NCBI GenBank assembly: GCA_038087875.1
Contig: CM075989.1
Coordinates: forward strand, 7,318,001-7,382,000
Direction of reading: 5' to 3'
From: Malacoraja senta
Taxonomy: Eukaryota
Length of the DNA: 64,000 nt
The position numbers were made by a program, and so were the translations under genes. Below the pieces are notes generated by a model. It was not told the DNA's origin. It worked only from the letters and a program-made list of their open reading frames with translations, and ran no database searches. Position 1 is the first letter of the stretch, and the number at the start of each line of letters is the position of its first letter. Positions 24,651 to 38,814 of this stretch are shown here, piece by piece.

Positions 24651-27600
24651 CACTCAGCTGCACTAAAGGGTAATTTACAGTAGCCACTTAACCAACTAAC
24701 GTATCACGGGGTAGAAATGCAACACCTGTGAGAAACACACATGGCTATGGACCGACAGTGCAAGCTCAACGCATTATCCAAGGTCCGGATTGAACTTCGG
24801 TCCCTGGACCTGTCCACCTCAGAAAGCAACGTATTGAAGAAAGCTTCCAACCTGCAACAAAGCCTGTCCATTCCCTCCACCGATGCTGCCTGACATGCTG
24901 AATTCCTCCAGCACTTTGGGTTTTCCTCTAGATTCTAGCATCTGCGGTCTTATGCTTATTTTATAATCAGGTTTGTTGACTTGGACATCGAGTGCTCATC
25001 AAAAGCATGTTCTGCAATTAAAAGTTCCTTTCAGGATAAATTGCCACCTGGAATGTTTTTCCCAATAAGCTTAAATCTCACCTTTGCACTGCTCTCAATG
25101 TGCCATATCACATGTTGAAATCAAGAGAGCGATACTTTTTTCTTCCTTCTGACCTATAACCTGGGGCATCCCCGCTCTCAATCTTGCTGTCATTTTGAAA
25201 CCCAAGATCAGGATCCACAACAACTGCTGCTTTGCCTACTTTGGAGTTGTCTGTACAGAGGTCTTTTTCCATGCAACCCCCTTTCTCAATTTGAAAGAAG
25301 ATCCTTGTTCAGTTTTTAAAGTGCACATAAACTTGACATTTGCAGCCACTTGACTTTGTTAATGCATCCACCTCTTGCATTGTTTAGCGACTGGGAGAGC
25401 AACATTACTGGATAGCGAGTCTCGGGACTGCAGAAGTATTTTTGGAAGCATCATGAAACACTTGTTGAGGCTCAGTCGATGACCTTCATGGTTGACATTT
25501 TATATGGCACAATTTCACACAAGTGCACAAGGGCAGCTGTCTAGTATCATTGCTGTTCCATTGGAAACTCTTAAGAACCTGCTTCTTTATGAAACTTTCA
25601 ACAGATCCGTTGTCTTCTAAAATTAGTTGATCTACAAATATGGGTTGGACTGATGTTGTTTTTATTTCCATCTCCAACAGCATGTGACTCTGGCTTTGCG
25701 TCTGTTAATCTGCCAGGCAACCTCCTCCATGCAGTATGCCTCTAATCTTGTTCCTAGTCTGTATCTTCATTGCACTCTCTAAACCTCTTTGCATCCAGAA
25801 CTCTGCAGCTCATTCACACATCACTCTTGTAGAAGGATCTCGACCCGAAACGTCGCCTATTCCTTCGCTCCATAGATGCTGCCTCGCCCGCTGAGTTTCT
25901 CCAGCTTTTTGGTCTACCTTCGATTTTTCCAGCATCTGCAGTTCTTTCTTAATCACTCTTGTACATGCTTGCTGTCGTCGACGCCGAGATAAATAATGGC
26001 TGGGTTTTAAAATGCTTGTCCAACTTCTCAGATTCTTTCTCTCTTTCCTCTTTCCTATCCCTGCAATCTCCATCAACTCCATCACCTTCTCACCGCTATA
26101 CTCATGGTCTCTTCATCATCCCCCTATTGGAATAAGCCACCTCTTACAAGAACAAAAACTTGAATTCCTCCCCGACATCCTTCATTTTAAGATGTTCCTA
26201 AATTTATTTTTATTTTTATAATTTGTCTTGTATATGATATGATAAAGTGGCACAAAAAGTGCTGGAGTAACCAACTGGTCAGAAAGCATCTCTGGAAAGC
26301 ATGGATAGATAATGTTCATAGGCTCATAGGTCCTCTGATCAGAATTAAGCCATTCAGCCCTCTATTAAGCCCTCTAATTAAGCCATTCAACTCTACTCTG
26401 CCATTCAATCATGGCTGATCTATTTTTCCTTCTCAACCCCACTCTCCTGCCCTCTCCGCATAACCCCTGACACCCTTACTTTAAAATATCCATTGACTTG
26501 GCCTCCACAGCCGTTTGGGGCAATGAATTCCACAGATTCACCACCCTCTACCTAATGTTTCAGGCCGGGACCCTTCTTCATTCTGAAGAAGAATCCCAAC
26601 CCAAAACATCACCTATCCATGTTCTCTAGAGATGACCTGACCTGCTGGGTTAGTCCAGCACTTTGTCTCTTTTTTTGTGATCCAGCATCTGCAGTTCCTC
26701 GTGTCTCTGTGATAAAATGGTGCTTGATGTTACTTTCTCAAATAACATTCCTGTTTAATTATGGTCTCAAAATAATTCGATAACTGAATAATTTCCTTCA
26801 GTTCTGGGTGCATTTTTTCTTTTTTTTTAGTCACGGTTTATCACGTTATTTTTTAAAACTCTGTTTTAGTGCCAAGTAGATCGTGATTTGCATTCATGGA
26901 ATATACAAGCCTATTTTCTGAAGCCTTCATTTTCTCTTATCGAGAAATGCAAATAAATTTTGGCTCCAGCTGTCTCCCAGCTGAGTGTCTGTTCTATCTT
27001 GTGCTGATTGCCTTGGCACTCTTGCTGTCAGGAACTGATTGTCAAGTACAGCAAGGGCAGAGAAATGATGGGCGATCGGGCTTGGTGGGCGGGTAGGGCT
27101 GTGTGCTGATAGATTGCACACTTGTGCCCGCCCTTGTTAGTCTAACGAGGAAAATCGCAAACATCTGCACCTGACTCTTAAGGGTTCTTTTTTCAGACTT
27201 TCATAAGCCAAGTAGAAATTCTTTTGTACTTTCACTTCATCTAAATCTAAGCTTGAGCAGTCTCCCGTGCACTGGTTTATTTTTAAACTTGTACATAGAA
27301 ACATAGAAAATAGGTGCGGAAGTAGGCCATCCAGCCCTTCCAGCCCTATCGAACCATTCAATATGATCATGGCTGATCATCCAAAATCCTGCTTTTTCCC
27401 CATATCCCTTGATTCCATTAGCACCAAGAGCTAAATCTAACTCTTTTTGGTCTGGATAAGGACGATCTAATTGATGACCAATGTGATACATTTTGCTGCT
27501 TTCGTTAAATATAATTTCAGGCACTTCCTGCCAAGATTATGTTTCTGTTTTTTTAAAACGACCTGCACTTCTCATTTTTGCAACCTATTTTTAGTTATTG

Positions 27601-28745
27601 TCCCTGCTCAAATCTCAAAGGTTAGAGGGCAGAGCATTAAGAAAAGGGTGGTAAATCTTAAAGGAGATGTGCAAGTTTTTGCTTGCACAGAGTGGTGGGT
27701 GCCTGGAAAGCGCAGCGATGGGTGGCTATGGGAGCTGTGAGAGTACGTGTGTCAGAGGTTATGGGGAGAAGACTGGAGAATGCGGTTAGGAGGGAGAGAT
27801 AGATCAGCCATGGTTGAATGGCGGTGTAGACTTGATGGGCCGAATGGCCTAATTCTACTCCTATCTCATGATCTAATGATCTTATGATGATAGTGGTGTT
27901 CAAGAAGCTTTTAGATAGGCACATAGATATGCAAGGAATGGAGGAAAATGGAAGATAGACACAAAATGCTGAAATAACTCAGCGCGACAGGCAGCATCTC
28001 TGGAGAGAAGGAATGGGTGACATTTCAGACTGAAGAAGGGTCTAAAGAAGGATCATCCTGAAGAAGGGTCTCGACCCAAAACGTCACCCATTCCTTCTCT
28101 CCAGAGATGCTGCCTGTCCTGCTGAGTTACTCCAGCATTTTGTGTCTATCTATATTTATATTGAGAAAGCAGCAAGATTGCTTATGCATTTCCCAGTTGT
28201 TCTGCTTGGATGTCCAGAGAAAATTTTGTTGGATGTGTTCACCAAAGCAAAGCTGATAATTAGAGACAGGACAAATAGGAAATAACCTTCTAACACCTCT
28301 TGGCTTAGTGTCAACAAAGTTTTCAAACAAAATGTAAAATATTCACAGTGGCGGCACATACTCAATGTAGAGGAAGCTTCTGACCCTCAGCTTTCCAGGC
28401 GAGTTTTATGCTCGGGAGAGTAATTTCTCGATAATGTCTGGTCACAAAATGTCTTCAGATATTTGTCTGGATGCCAAAACCTTCCAAATTTATACTTGAG
28501 GTGCATTGCTTTTGGGTTTCATTGTTAAGTTGGGCAAGATACCCTGCAATCAGTGGACTGTTCACTAACTTTGAAGGAAGTCATGCAGCCTATCTAATTC
28601 CCAACCTCCTCTAGAATCATGCCATCACTCCATTGCCGTATGTAACTCTCAGTAATGTTACTTTCAGTGAATGGAAATAACAGCAGGTATTGGAAATCTG
28701 AGGTAAAAAGATGAAATACTGGATTCGAAAGTACAGTCAAAAGTA

Positions 28746-29334
28746 CAGTGACCTCCATAATGTTTGGGACAAAGACCCATCATTTATTTATTTACCTCTG
28801 TACTCCACAATTTGAGATTTGTAATAGAAAAAAATCACATGTGGTTAAAGTGCACATTATCAGATTTTATTAAAGGCCATTTTTATACATTTTGGTTTCA
28901 CCATGTTGAAATTACAGCAGTGTTGGTACATAATCCCCCCCCATAATGTTTGGGACACATGGCTTTACAGGGGTTTGTAATTGGTCATGTGTGTGTAATT
29001 ACTTCCTTAATGCAGTTATAAGAGAGCTCTCAACACCTAGTCTTTCCTCCAGACTTTCCATCACCTTTAGAAACTTTTATTGCTGTTTATCAACATGAGG
29101 ACCAAAGCTGTGTCCCAAACATTATGGTGTCCTGAAATGGGGGGAACTATGTATAAACACTGCTGTAATTTCTACATGGTGAAACCAAAATGTATAAAAA
29201 TGGTCTTTATTAAAATCTGACAATGTGCACTTTAACCACATGTGATTTTTTTCAATTACAAACCTCAAATTGTGGAGCACAGAGGCAAATAAATAAATAA
29301 TGGGTCTTTGTCCGAAACATTATGGAGGGCACTG
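28746..29334 (+). mobile_element. Internally deleted non-autonomous Tc1 derivative (589 bp)
   Basis: TA flanks at 28744-28745 and 29335-29336; both TIRs present; 5'UTR and first codons (atgaggaccaaag, ~29095) are joined directly to the other TIR. Confidence 0.93.
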
Positions 29335-29589
29335 TAGCTGGGTGAGTGAACAAAGTGCATTTTGTAGAAGTGACGCAGTAGTCACTACATGCTGAGGATG
29401 AGGTCTTAGTTGAGTGAGCTGCTACAAAAAGCATGCAAGTATGTACTGACTTAAGTAATGCAGAAATCTGAATCCAAAGAATGTTGGGAATATTAAGCAG
29501 ATTGGGCATCATCTGTGCTGAGAGAGAAATTGCATTACAATCACAGGTGGATGATCTTGCATTATATGGGTCCATTCTGTTAAATCCAC

Positions 29590-29915
29590 TTTGGTGGCAA
29601 GAACAGGAAGGCAGATTATTATCCAAATGGTGTCAGATTAGGCGAAGGGGAGGTGCAACGAGACCTGGGTGTGCTTGTACATCAGTCACTGAAAGTAAGT
29701 ATGCAGGTACAGCAGGCAGTGAAGAAAGAGAATGGCACGTTGGCCTTCATTGCGAGAGGATTTGAGTTTAGGAGGTCCTACTGCAGTTGTACAGGGCCCT
29801 GGTGAGACTGCACCTGGAGTATTGTGTGCAATTTTGGTCTCCTAATTTGAGGAAGGACATTATTGCTATTGAGGGAGTGCAGCGTAGGTTCATCAGGTTA
29901 ATTCCCAGGATGGTG
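29590..29915 (+). mobile_element. CR1 ORF2 internal fragment
   Basis: Homologous to 52310-52640 (RDLGVLVHQSLKV...[11 protein letters not shown]). Confidence 0.88.
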
Positions 29916-31160
29916 GTCCAGGTAAGATCATTGGTAATATAAAAACCAAGGAGCTAGAAGCTCTCAACCATTTTCTGAGTTGACTCATAAAGCCAATGCT
30001 TGATCCCAACACTGCACACAAGATGTGCAAGAAGGAACTGCAGATGCTGGTTTAAACCAAAGACAGACACAAAAAGCTGGAGTAACTCAGCGGAACAGGC
30101 AGCATCTCTGGAGAGAAAGAATGGGTGACGTTTCGGTTGAGACCCTTCTTCAGACAAGATGCTTGACAGATTGGGTAGAGAGTGTGGGAGATGTATTCCA
30201 TTCATTTTAAGCAGTGGAAGTACCCTTGTGTGATTTATTTTGAAGTGAGATGGTTGCTGCAAATTTGGTTTATTGTTGATTTACAAGAAACAGGACCTTG
30301 ATCCAATTTTCTGTCATGAGGTGATTGGAGACCAGGTGCTGTGGAACAATAACATTATATGGATAATTTCCATTGCATTCATCCACAGTGAACTCTAGGC
30401 AAGACTAGCAGTTATTCCCCAACCATGATTATTCTTGGGTAGGTGGTGGTGAGCTGGCTTTACCCAATGCAGCCCACTTGGGCAATGTCCACTGCTGTTA
30501 GTTAAAAACTTGAAGGATTTTAAGTGTGGGAAGGAACTGCAGATGCTGTTTTACATCGAAGATAGACACAAAATGCTGGAGTAACTCAGCGGGACAGGCA
30601 GCATCTCTGGAGAGAAGGAATGGGTGACATTTTGGGTCGAGACCCTTCTTCAGACCTCTCAACCCAAAACGTTGCCCATTCCTTCTCTTCTTTATTGAAG
30701 GATTTTAACTCTTGTATTATAAAAAGTTGAGAATCTTCATTAACCTGCAGTGGGTTATTTATGCCCTGTGGCCCAACTTGCCCATGACAACTAAAATGTC
30801 CTATCTACACTAGACCCACCTGCCCGCGTTTGGCTCATATCCCTCGAAACCTTTCTGATCTATGTATCTGTCCAAATGTCTTTTAAATGTTGTTATAGTA
30901 CCTGCCTCAGGCAGCTTGTTCCACATACCAACCACCCTTCTAATCTTCGAGATTAGAAGTTTTCAGAAATTTAACCTGGGAAGAAGGAATAGTTTTATGC
31001 AGTAATATTGAGCATTGTTCAAGGATGAGTCAAACCTTGGAAGGAGTAACTTTATTTGTGGCAAAACTACAAAATAGCCAGAATGTTCCAACTGGCGATA
31101 TTCATGATGAATTATACGTTTGGCTTTTCAACCCTGTTTCTTTTTTTTGCTTTTCCTAAG

Positions 31161-31311
31161 GGGGAGTCTGTCCTGTCGGTGCTCTTGGGTGAGGAGGATG
31201 TAGCGGTGAAAGACGATGTAGCCCTCTACCTCATGTTCTCCGGCTCCAGCCAGCATCATTTAACCAGCACGCAGCGAGTAGACCACAACATGTTGCAGAC
31301 TGTCGCTCCCG
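31161..31311 (+). CDS. AKAP13: AKAP13 second coding exon (GESVLSVLLGEEDVAVKDDVALYLMFSGSSQHHLTSTQRVDHNMLQTVAP)
   Basis: Acceptor ttttttttgcttttcctaag; donor GTAAGT at 31312; 151 nt, phase 0 to phase 1. Aligns with recalled human GDCVVTVLLAEEDKAEDDVVFYLVFLGSTLRHCTSTRKVSSDTLETIAPG. Confidence 0.94.
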
Positions 31312-32171
31312 GTAAGTGATAATACCCTGGCTCTTCATTAAAGTGTCAACTCCCATCGACTCCCCTCTAACACACCAACCTCAGTGAAAAATCGGATGAT
31401 TCAACAGCGCACAACGGAAGCCTAAATGATTGGAGCCATTGCTATTCAAGATACAAGATGCAAGATACATTCCTGATGTTGGACACAGTATGCCTCTGGT
31501 TATTTCATTGATCCGACTTCAAAACGACAGCATTGTGTGCTCCGTTCTCTCAGTGTATCCAGAGACTGCGGAAATGATGTATTCCTGAATGAATTTCAAT
31601 AAGAAATGCTGAACTACACTGACATCATCATCAAACTCTGAAATGGGCAGCCAGCACACTGTCTCTGTGTTACCAATGATCTCAACTCGTTTGCGTTCTG
31701 ACCTCTCTCTCATTTATTTCGCTGCTGAGGAGCCTCTCCTCATCCTGTCATGCACTTAATCACTGATGATCTCCTCCCTATTTATTATTTAGTTGGGAAA
31801 TGCTGCTTAATTTCAGGAGCTACTTTACAAGAGGCAGGGACGGTAATAGTTCTTTATTGCACTGCGCTCTGTGGTATAATAACTGAGGGTGCAATATATC
31901 AGTGGGGGCTATTGTCAGTCCCTTAATTTAAAATATATTTTAATACATTAAAATGAAATAATATTCAAGTTAACAATTTCATGACAAGTTATGATGTTTC
32001 ATCACTTTAAGTTTGATAGTTGGCTGATAACTGATGAATTCAGGAAAATAGTTCATGGGCTTCGACCAAATTTTATTTAGTTGGCAATGTCAAGGGGTCT
32101 CTAAACTGTGACCCACCCTCATTGGGCCCCTTAGTGTTTTGCTTTGGAAAAACAGAATGATCTGGCAATTC

Positions 32172-32850
32172 TGGAAAGGGTGCAGAGAAGATTTACGAGG
32201 ATGTTGCCAGGACATGAGGGCCTGAGCTATAGGGAGAGGTTGAGCAGGCTGGGACTCTATTCCCTGGAGCGCAGGCGGAATGAGGGGTGATCTTATAGTG
32301 GTGTACAAAATCATGACAGGAATAGAACATGTAGATGCACAGAGTCTCTCGCCCAGAGTAGGGGAATCAAGAACCAGAGGACATAGGTTTAAAGTGAGGG
32401 TGGGTAAGATTTCATAAGAAGCTGAGGGGTACCTTTTTCCACAGAAAGGGTGGTGTGTGTCTGGAACGAGCTGCCAGAGGAGGTAGTTAAGGCAGGTACT
32501 ATTTGTTGTGTAACGGCTTGGTAATGACTGAAGCCTTACATCATGATAAAGGTCCAAAGACTATTAACTACATAGATCAGATAACTTCATGCTAGCACGT
32601 TTTTCTAATTCTAAGGGAAACAGGCAGGGATGATTACTGTGAACGCAAGTGGGCGTAACTACAAAAGCATGACTCATAACATGAGTGACACTGATCTATA
32701 CTATTCCAAAGTTCAAGAAATATTTAGACAGGTACACAAATAGGACAGGTTTAGAGGGATATGTGCCAAACACAGGCAGGTGGGACTAGTGTAGAAGGGG
32801 ACATGTTGGTCGGTGTGGGCAAATTGGGCCAAAGGGCCTGATTCCATGGT
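32172..32850 (+). mobile_element. CR1/HER1 3' end, interrupted at 32504-32698
   Basis: ctggaaagggtgcagagaagatttacgaggatgttgccagg...gggccaaagggcctg; colinear with 49130-49550. Confidence 0.87.
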
Positions 32851-33786
32851 GTTATTTGACATTGACTGTACTATATTCTCGGCCTAGCTCATTCAGAAAC
32901 CTTCACTACAAACTGGGGGTGTTCTGTCTTGGTGTGGTACCTTCCTGAGGCAATGAAATATTGTTGCACAGAGTAGCAGATGTGTATAATAATAATAATA
33001 CATTTTATTTATATAGCGCTTTTCAGGACTCAAAGTCGCTTATAACAGCCTGATGTGTTGGATTCTTTCAGAGTACGCAGGGTTAAAACCAAACAAAGAT
33101 GGAGAAGTTTTGGGATCGTTAATTCTCCCATGACGATGGGCTCATGGTTGAAAAGCAGTCATCGCCAATCTTGCCCATCTTAAGCATCTGCAGTGTCGGT
33201 TCCCCTTCACTCTTGGCACCCCAGCCTCGCTGTCCCTGCACTTTGCAGCCCAGCACAGACCTGGCAATCTGCTTTGTAACTCAGGCTGATGCATCCAAGT
33301 CAAATGACAGAGCTGGGAACTGAGTGGCTGGTCATTACACGGGTGACATGAGTAGTTTATCAGCACAAGTCTATTCAAGGCCATTTCCTTTTCCATATCT
33401 GTGAGCTGTTATCTGAGCAGTGCCAGCAGTTCCAAGCTTCAGCTGTGCATTTCTGCTGACACTAAAATTGTTTGCTTGCACTTGAAACTCTGGATGGGGG
33501 TGGCACAGTGGCACAGCGGTAGAGTTGCTGCCCTACAGCGCCAGAGACCCGGGTTCAATCCTGACTGCAGGTGCTGTCTGCACAGAGTTTGCACGTTCTC
33601 CCCGTGACTGCATGGGTTTTCCCGGGTGCTTTAGTTTCCGCCCACACTCCAAAGACGTACAGGCTTGTAGATTAATTGGCTTTGGACGGGTCCAGTACTC
33701 ACGCGGCCTTCATGCTGCTTGCTCTCTCCCCTCTCGCTTTGGAAGCATGCCACACGGCGCCATTTCATTAGGTGACTGGCGGAGGT

Positions 33787-33807
33787 GGGGGGGGGGGGGG
33801 GGGGGGG
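33787..33807. repeat. G21 homopolymer
   Basis: Directly visible run. Confidence 0.9.
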
Positions 33808-34069
33808 ATAGTGCAACAGAAGCCTTGTTCTACTATAACCAAAATCCATTATATAGAAGTCTGTTATTGCAAGGGTTTCCTGTAGTGCACTCTCTTCTTG
33901 CCTTTACTCCCCTCCCTAAACAAAACAAATTGAGTGTTCAGTGTGCACCAGAAGCTGCCACCGTCTAGTTTAAATAGAAAACTAATTACCATCCTAGATC
34001 ATATATTAATGTGGATACAAGGAACTGTGGGTGCTGCTTTATACAAAAGGGTACAAAGTGCGAGAGTAA

Positions 34070-34676
34070 AGGCCCTGTCCCACTTACGTGTCCTTGGCAT
34101 GCAAATTACGCGACCTCGTCGTCGCGTTGAGGCGCAGGGGCATCGTGTAGCCGCGTGGGGCCGGTCTCACTGAGAAGCACGGAGGGGGTATGGAGTTATG
34201 CGCGAGATCGCCTAACTGACGGCCAAGGTGGGACAGGCCCAAGACCCTGGCGCGACGCAACATCTCACCTCCAACAGCAGCAGAAGCAGGCAAACGATCG
34301 CCGAGCTCGGCCTGGGGCTCACGGCCGTTGTGGTCCGGATCCGCCCCCACTTCTACTCCCAGAGCGGGGCCAAGAAATTTGAAAATAGACACAAAAAGCT
34401 GGAGTAACTCAGCGGGACCGGCGGCATCTCTGGAGAGAAGGAATGGGTGACGTTTCGGGTCATGACCTTTCAGACTTTCAGGACTTTCTCGACCCGAAAC
34501 ATCACCCATTGCTTCTCTCCAGAGATGCCGCCGGTCCTGCTGAGTTACTCCTGCATTTTGTGTCCATCTTCAAATGACGTCACGCGCACCAGACGGATGT
34601 GTGGTCGCATGAAGTCACGCGCGACCACGAGGTCGCGTAATTAGCGTGCCAAGGACACGTAAGTGGGACAGGGGCT
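34070..34676. mobile_element. Composite Harbinger MITE with internal TIR and cargo
   Basis: TIR ccctgtcccacttacgtgtccttggca; TAA TSD at 34067-34069 and 34677-34679; inserted in the gagTAActcagc motif of a Penelope-derived unit. Confidence 0.88.
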
Positions 34677-37600
34677 TAACTCAGCGGGTCTGGCAGCATC
34701 TCTGGAGAACAGTTTTGGGTCGGTGGCCCTTCTTCAGATTCAAGACTTGAAGCCTGAAAAAGGGTCCCGTCCTGAAACGTTCTCCAGAGACGCAGCCTGA
34801 CCCCATATGTTACTCCAGCACGTTTTGTCCTGGATCATACCTCTTTCTACTATGGGGTTGGTGAGGTCCTTGTATGCGTACGTAAAGTCAGTTTTGTGTG
34901 CCGATAGGAAATAAGTTCCCAGCAAATTCAAGTTTAAAGTGAAGGGAATATTGAAGAGTAACAAGAATCCTCAAACATGATAAACAAAGATAAAATCAGG
35001 AAAAATGTTTTAACTTATCACAAAACAATAAAACGGCTGGGGGAAATGTGAGGAACATTGGCTAATTACACCCTTGATAGACATCAGCAATAAACCTTGA
35101 GTCTCCAAGGCTAATGTTAAAAACAGAATTACATTTTACTATCACTAAACAGTGATTTTGCGGCACAGTTGGTAGAGCTGCTGCCTCACTGGGCCAGAGA
35201 CCTGGGTTCGATCCTGACCTCAGGTGCTGTCTGTGTGGAGTTTGCCCTGTGTTTTCCCTGTGACCATGTGGGTTTCCTCTGGGTGCTCCAGTTTCCTCAC
35301 CACATCCCAAAGACGCGCGGGTTTGTCCGTGAATTGGCCATCTGTAAATTGGTGCCTCGTGTGTGGGGAGTGGTTGGAAAAAATGGGATAACATCAAACT
35401 AGTGAGAACGGGTGATTGATGGTCGGCATGGACTCGGTGGGCCAGAGGGCCAGTTTTAATGTTGTTTCTGTAAACTAAACTCAGATAATTGTTTCGTTTT
35501 AAGGTAAAGTTTCTGCGAATCATGGACAGTAACACGGTCGCAGCTGAAGTGCAATTCTAAAACAAAACAATTGACAAGGCGTTGTGAAGTTTAGTTTAAT
35601 TAAAGTTTGTAAACAATTTGCAGCCCTGTGGGTTTAAAGATTGAAAGGATTTATACAATAAAAGCTTGCAGCATGTACTTATAACACTGTGTTAAGACCA
35701 TTCTGAAATCCCGTGAGACATGTCTGCTACATTAAAGGTACAGCGTAAAATGGAAGTTCTTGTTACTGAATGCTCTGTGTAATCTTGATTAACAAAACAG
35801 CTTTAGTCCTCATTTGGTGGCCCCCTTTGGATATGACGGATGTGAATCTGTGGACCCCAACCGCAGTTGGAGAATATATTCCCAAATTTCAGCAGGATCA
35901 CTATTTTTTTATTCATCTGCGCATAGAGTATGAGGATTGATCGGCAGAAATGGGTGATTGAGAGCCACTGTTTAAGTGTGATAGGAAGTTCCGTTCTCAG
36001 ATGATGTGAGGAGTCTCTCTGCAAGCGACCGACAGAAAAGGCAATTCACTCCTGAAATTCAAACCTAATTTATTTTTACTGCCGTTCAAGGTAGTAAATG
36101 GACCGTATTTCATCCTTGTGCGCAAACTATTATGGCCACTGCGGCTCTCAGTGTTCCGTGGAGGCAGACATGGAGCACGGGAATGGAGTTTTAATTCTGC
36201 ATTTATTTTCCATCAGTCAGGCCGCGCGGTTTGCTGTGTTGCTAAACCCAAACCTGACTCTGCTGTTTGGATGCATTGGGCTATTTTATTGCTAATCCTC
36301 TTTGCTTCTTTGGATGCATTGTGTGGCTATCATGTAATAGAGGCCTGTTGATGGCAGCTACTGGGTTTCTGGTTGGAGTATGAGTTATAGCTGCCATCAA
36401 CCTTTGCAGCTCACAAGAAACTATATACGTTGGCACAGGAGCAAATGTCATCATCGAGGTCACATTAGTGAGTATTCTCGGTCATAATTCTTTAAAGTTT
36501 AAAAGAATGAGAGAAAGCTAACTTGGTGAGGTGTTTGCCATGATGGAGAGATGCTCTCAAAATAAGCGGTTCAACAATTTTGGACTGGAGTGAGAAATTT
36601 ATTTGAAGATAGACACAAAATGCTGGCGTAACTCAGTGGGTCAGACACCATCTCTGGAGAGAAGGAATAGGTGACGTTTTGTGTCGAGTCCCTTCTTTAG
36701 ACTTCTTCACAGAGTTCTGAATCTTAGATATTACCATGCCCATATCCAACCTCCCGTCTATTGACTCCATCCACACTTCACACTGCCTCGGCAAGGCCAC
36801 CAGCACGGTGACTTTTAACTGGTGTCGAGGACCATTATATTTGGGAGCCATTCAGGAATTCGGAATAAATGCCGACAGGTTGGGCCAACGTTCACATCCT
36901 GTGAATAAATAAAATTTAAAAAAGACCGGCCAATTCACATATAATCATCTTTGAACTGATGGGTCAGGTTGCTGGAACTTTTTTTTTTTTTAATCAAATA
37001 AACTTATAAATGGCCGCCTTGAATATTAAACATGGAAGTCATGCCAGTCTTTTGCAAATCACTGGCTAGTCCTTGGCAAGAGTTTTTTTTAAATTGCATC
37101 CAATCCTCTGGACCCGACTTTGGAGAGGATGCAGAGGAGGTTTGCCAACTTGGTACCAAAAGTAAGAGACTTTACATGGAAGAACCAGGATAATTCTCCT
37201 TGAAGCAAAGACAGATGTGTTTAAAATGGAGAGTTATAACAAAAGTACTTCAGGGGAATCTGTTTCACTGGTGGCAATGTCATTAAAGAGGATCCATGAG
37301 TCATAGACAAAAGAACAATAAGGCTTTTAAGTGGCCAACATAGATCTGGAATGCAGAAAGGTACCACTGTGGCGCAGCTGGTAGAGCTACTACCTCACAG
37401 CGTCAGAGACCCAGGTTCGATCCTGACTTTGGGTGCTGTCTGCGAGGAGTTTGCACGTTCTCCCTGTGACAGTGAGGGTTTCCTCCAGGTGCTAGTTTCT
37501 TCCCACATCCCAAAGTCATGTGTGCATGTAGGTTGATTGGACTGTAAATTGCCTCTAGAGTATAGACTGTGGACATGAAGGCGGGATAACATTGAACAAG

Positions 37601-37943
37601 TGTGAATGAGATTGATGGTCAACATGGATTTAGTGGCCGAAGGGCCTGTTTCTGTTATAAATTGGTGTTGATATTCTTGCTATCGTTGACCATGAACTAA
37701 TGGATTATTTAAACAAAGTCTTGTTTCCTGATGCTGTTGAGGCGGTAGTAACTAGCTGTCCTTGCCGAGATATGCAGAGCACCTGTGGTTTGGTTGTTAA
37801 CTCTTAACTGCCCCATAAATGTCCTAGCTTGCCCTCAGTCTGAGCTGCCTACCGATAGCGAAGGTCAGCACTAACTGTCCACAAACCATGATCAATGTCA
37901 AGAAGATCATTTGATTAAAATAAAAGCAAAGAACACCCGTCGA

Positions 37944-38235
37944 GGGCGGCACGGTGGCGCAGTGGTAGAGTTGCTACCTCACAGCGCCAGAGACCCAGGT
38001 TCGATCCCGACTAAGAGTGCTGTCTGTATGGAGTTTGCACGTTCTCCCCGTGACCGCGTGGGCTTTCTCCGGGATCTCCGGTTTCCTCTCGCACTCCAAA
38101 GTTGTACAGGTTTGTAGGTTAATTGGCTCCTTTAAGTTGAGCCGAGTGAGTGTGGGATAGTGTTAGTGTGCGGGGATTCCTGGTCGGCATGGTGGGCCAA
38201 AGGGCCTGTTTTTGCGGTGTATCTCTGAACTAAAC
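37944..38235 (+). mobile_element. HE1/V-SINE (further copies at ~14815-15027-, 33498-33683+, 35160-35480+, 37360-37655+, 46905-47475-, 54170-54420+, 57811-58275+, 59890-60395-, 60718-61190, 61675-61940-, 62640-62950+, 63440-63730-)
   Basis: gggcggcacggtggcgcagtggtagagttgct...ggttcgatccc...gggccaaagggcctgttt...tatctct. Confidence 0.88.
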
Positions 38236-38814
38236 CAAATACCAATCACGAGTTAAAGATTTTTACAGTCATTTTCACTGAGAATGAGGTATTTTCGAGC
38301 AATGGTGATTGGTGCCCGGGAAGCTCCTGGTCTTCTTCTGTTTGTTTTGTTGTACTGAATAATGTCAATCACCCCAAGCAAAGTGTCTGTGTTTTTACAA
38401 TGAACAGAATGAGCGGAATTTTTGCAAGCTGAACTTTCCTTGACCTTCATGAAAGCTGGCTGTTAATGGACTTCCATTGACAGTATCTGGCCATTGTATC
38501 TTAGCGTAAAAGGTGGAGGCTGATTTTATCCTTCAGGAAGTGCATTTATTTTCCCCAACATCTCTATAATCATGCCTCTTGCATATATTGACCCAATAGC
38601 GTCTGCCAAAGATCAAAACTGTTAAGATAAGCCCCACAAAGCACTATGATCCCTGCTGGTTTGGAGGGGAACAACAATCGGTTATTGACAGAGATGCAAG
38701 AAACTGCAGATGCTGGAATCTTGAGCAAAACACAAAGTGCTGGAGTAACTCAGCAGGGCAGGCAGCATCTGTGGAAGGAATGGATAGGCAAAGTTTGTGT
38801 CAGGACCCTTAACA

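Noticed and set aside
37944..38015. tRNA-like A and B boxes
   Set aside because: SINE heads followed by V-domain and LINE tail, not tRNA genes.
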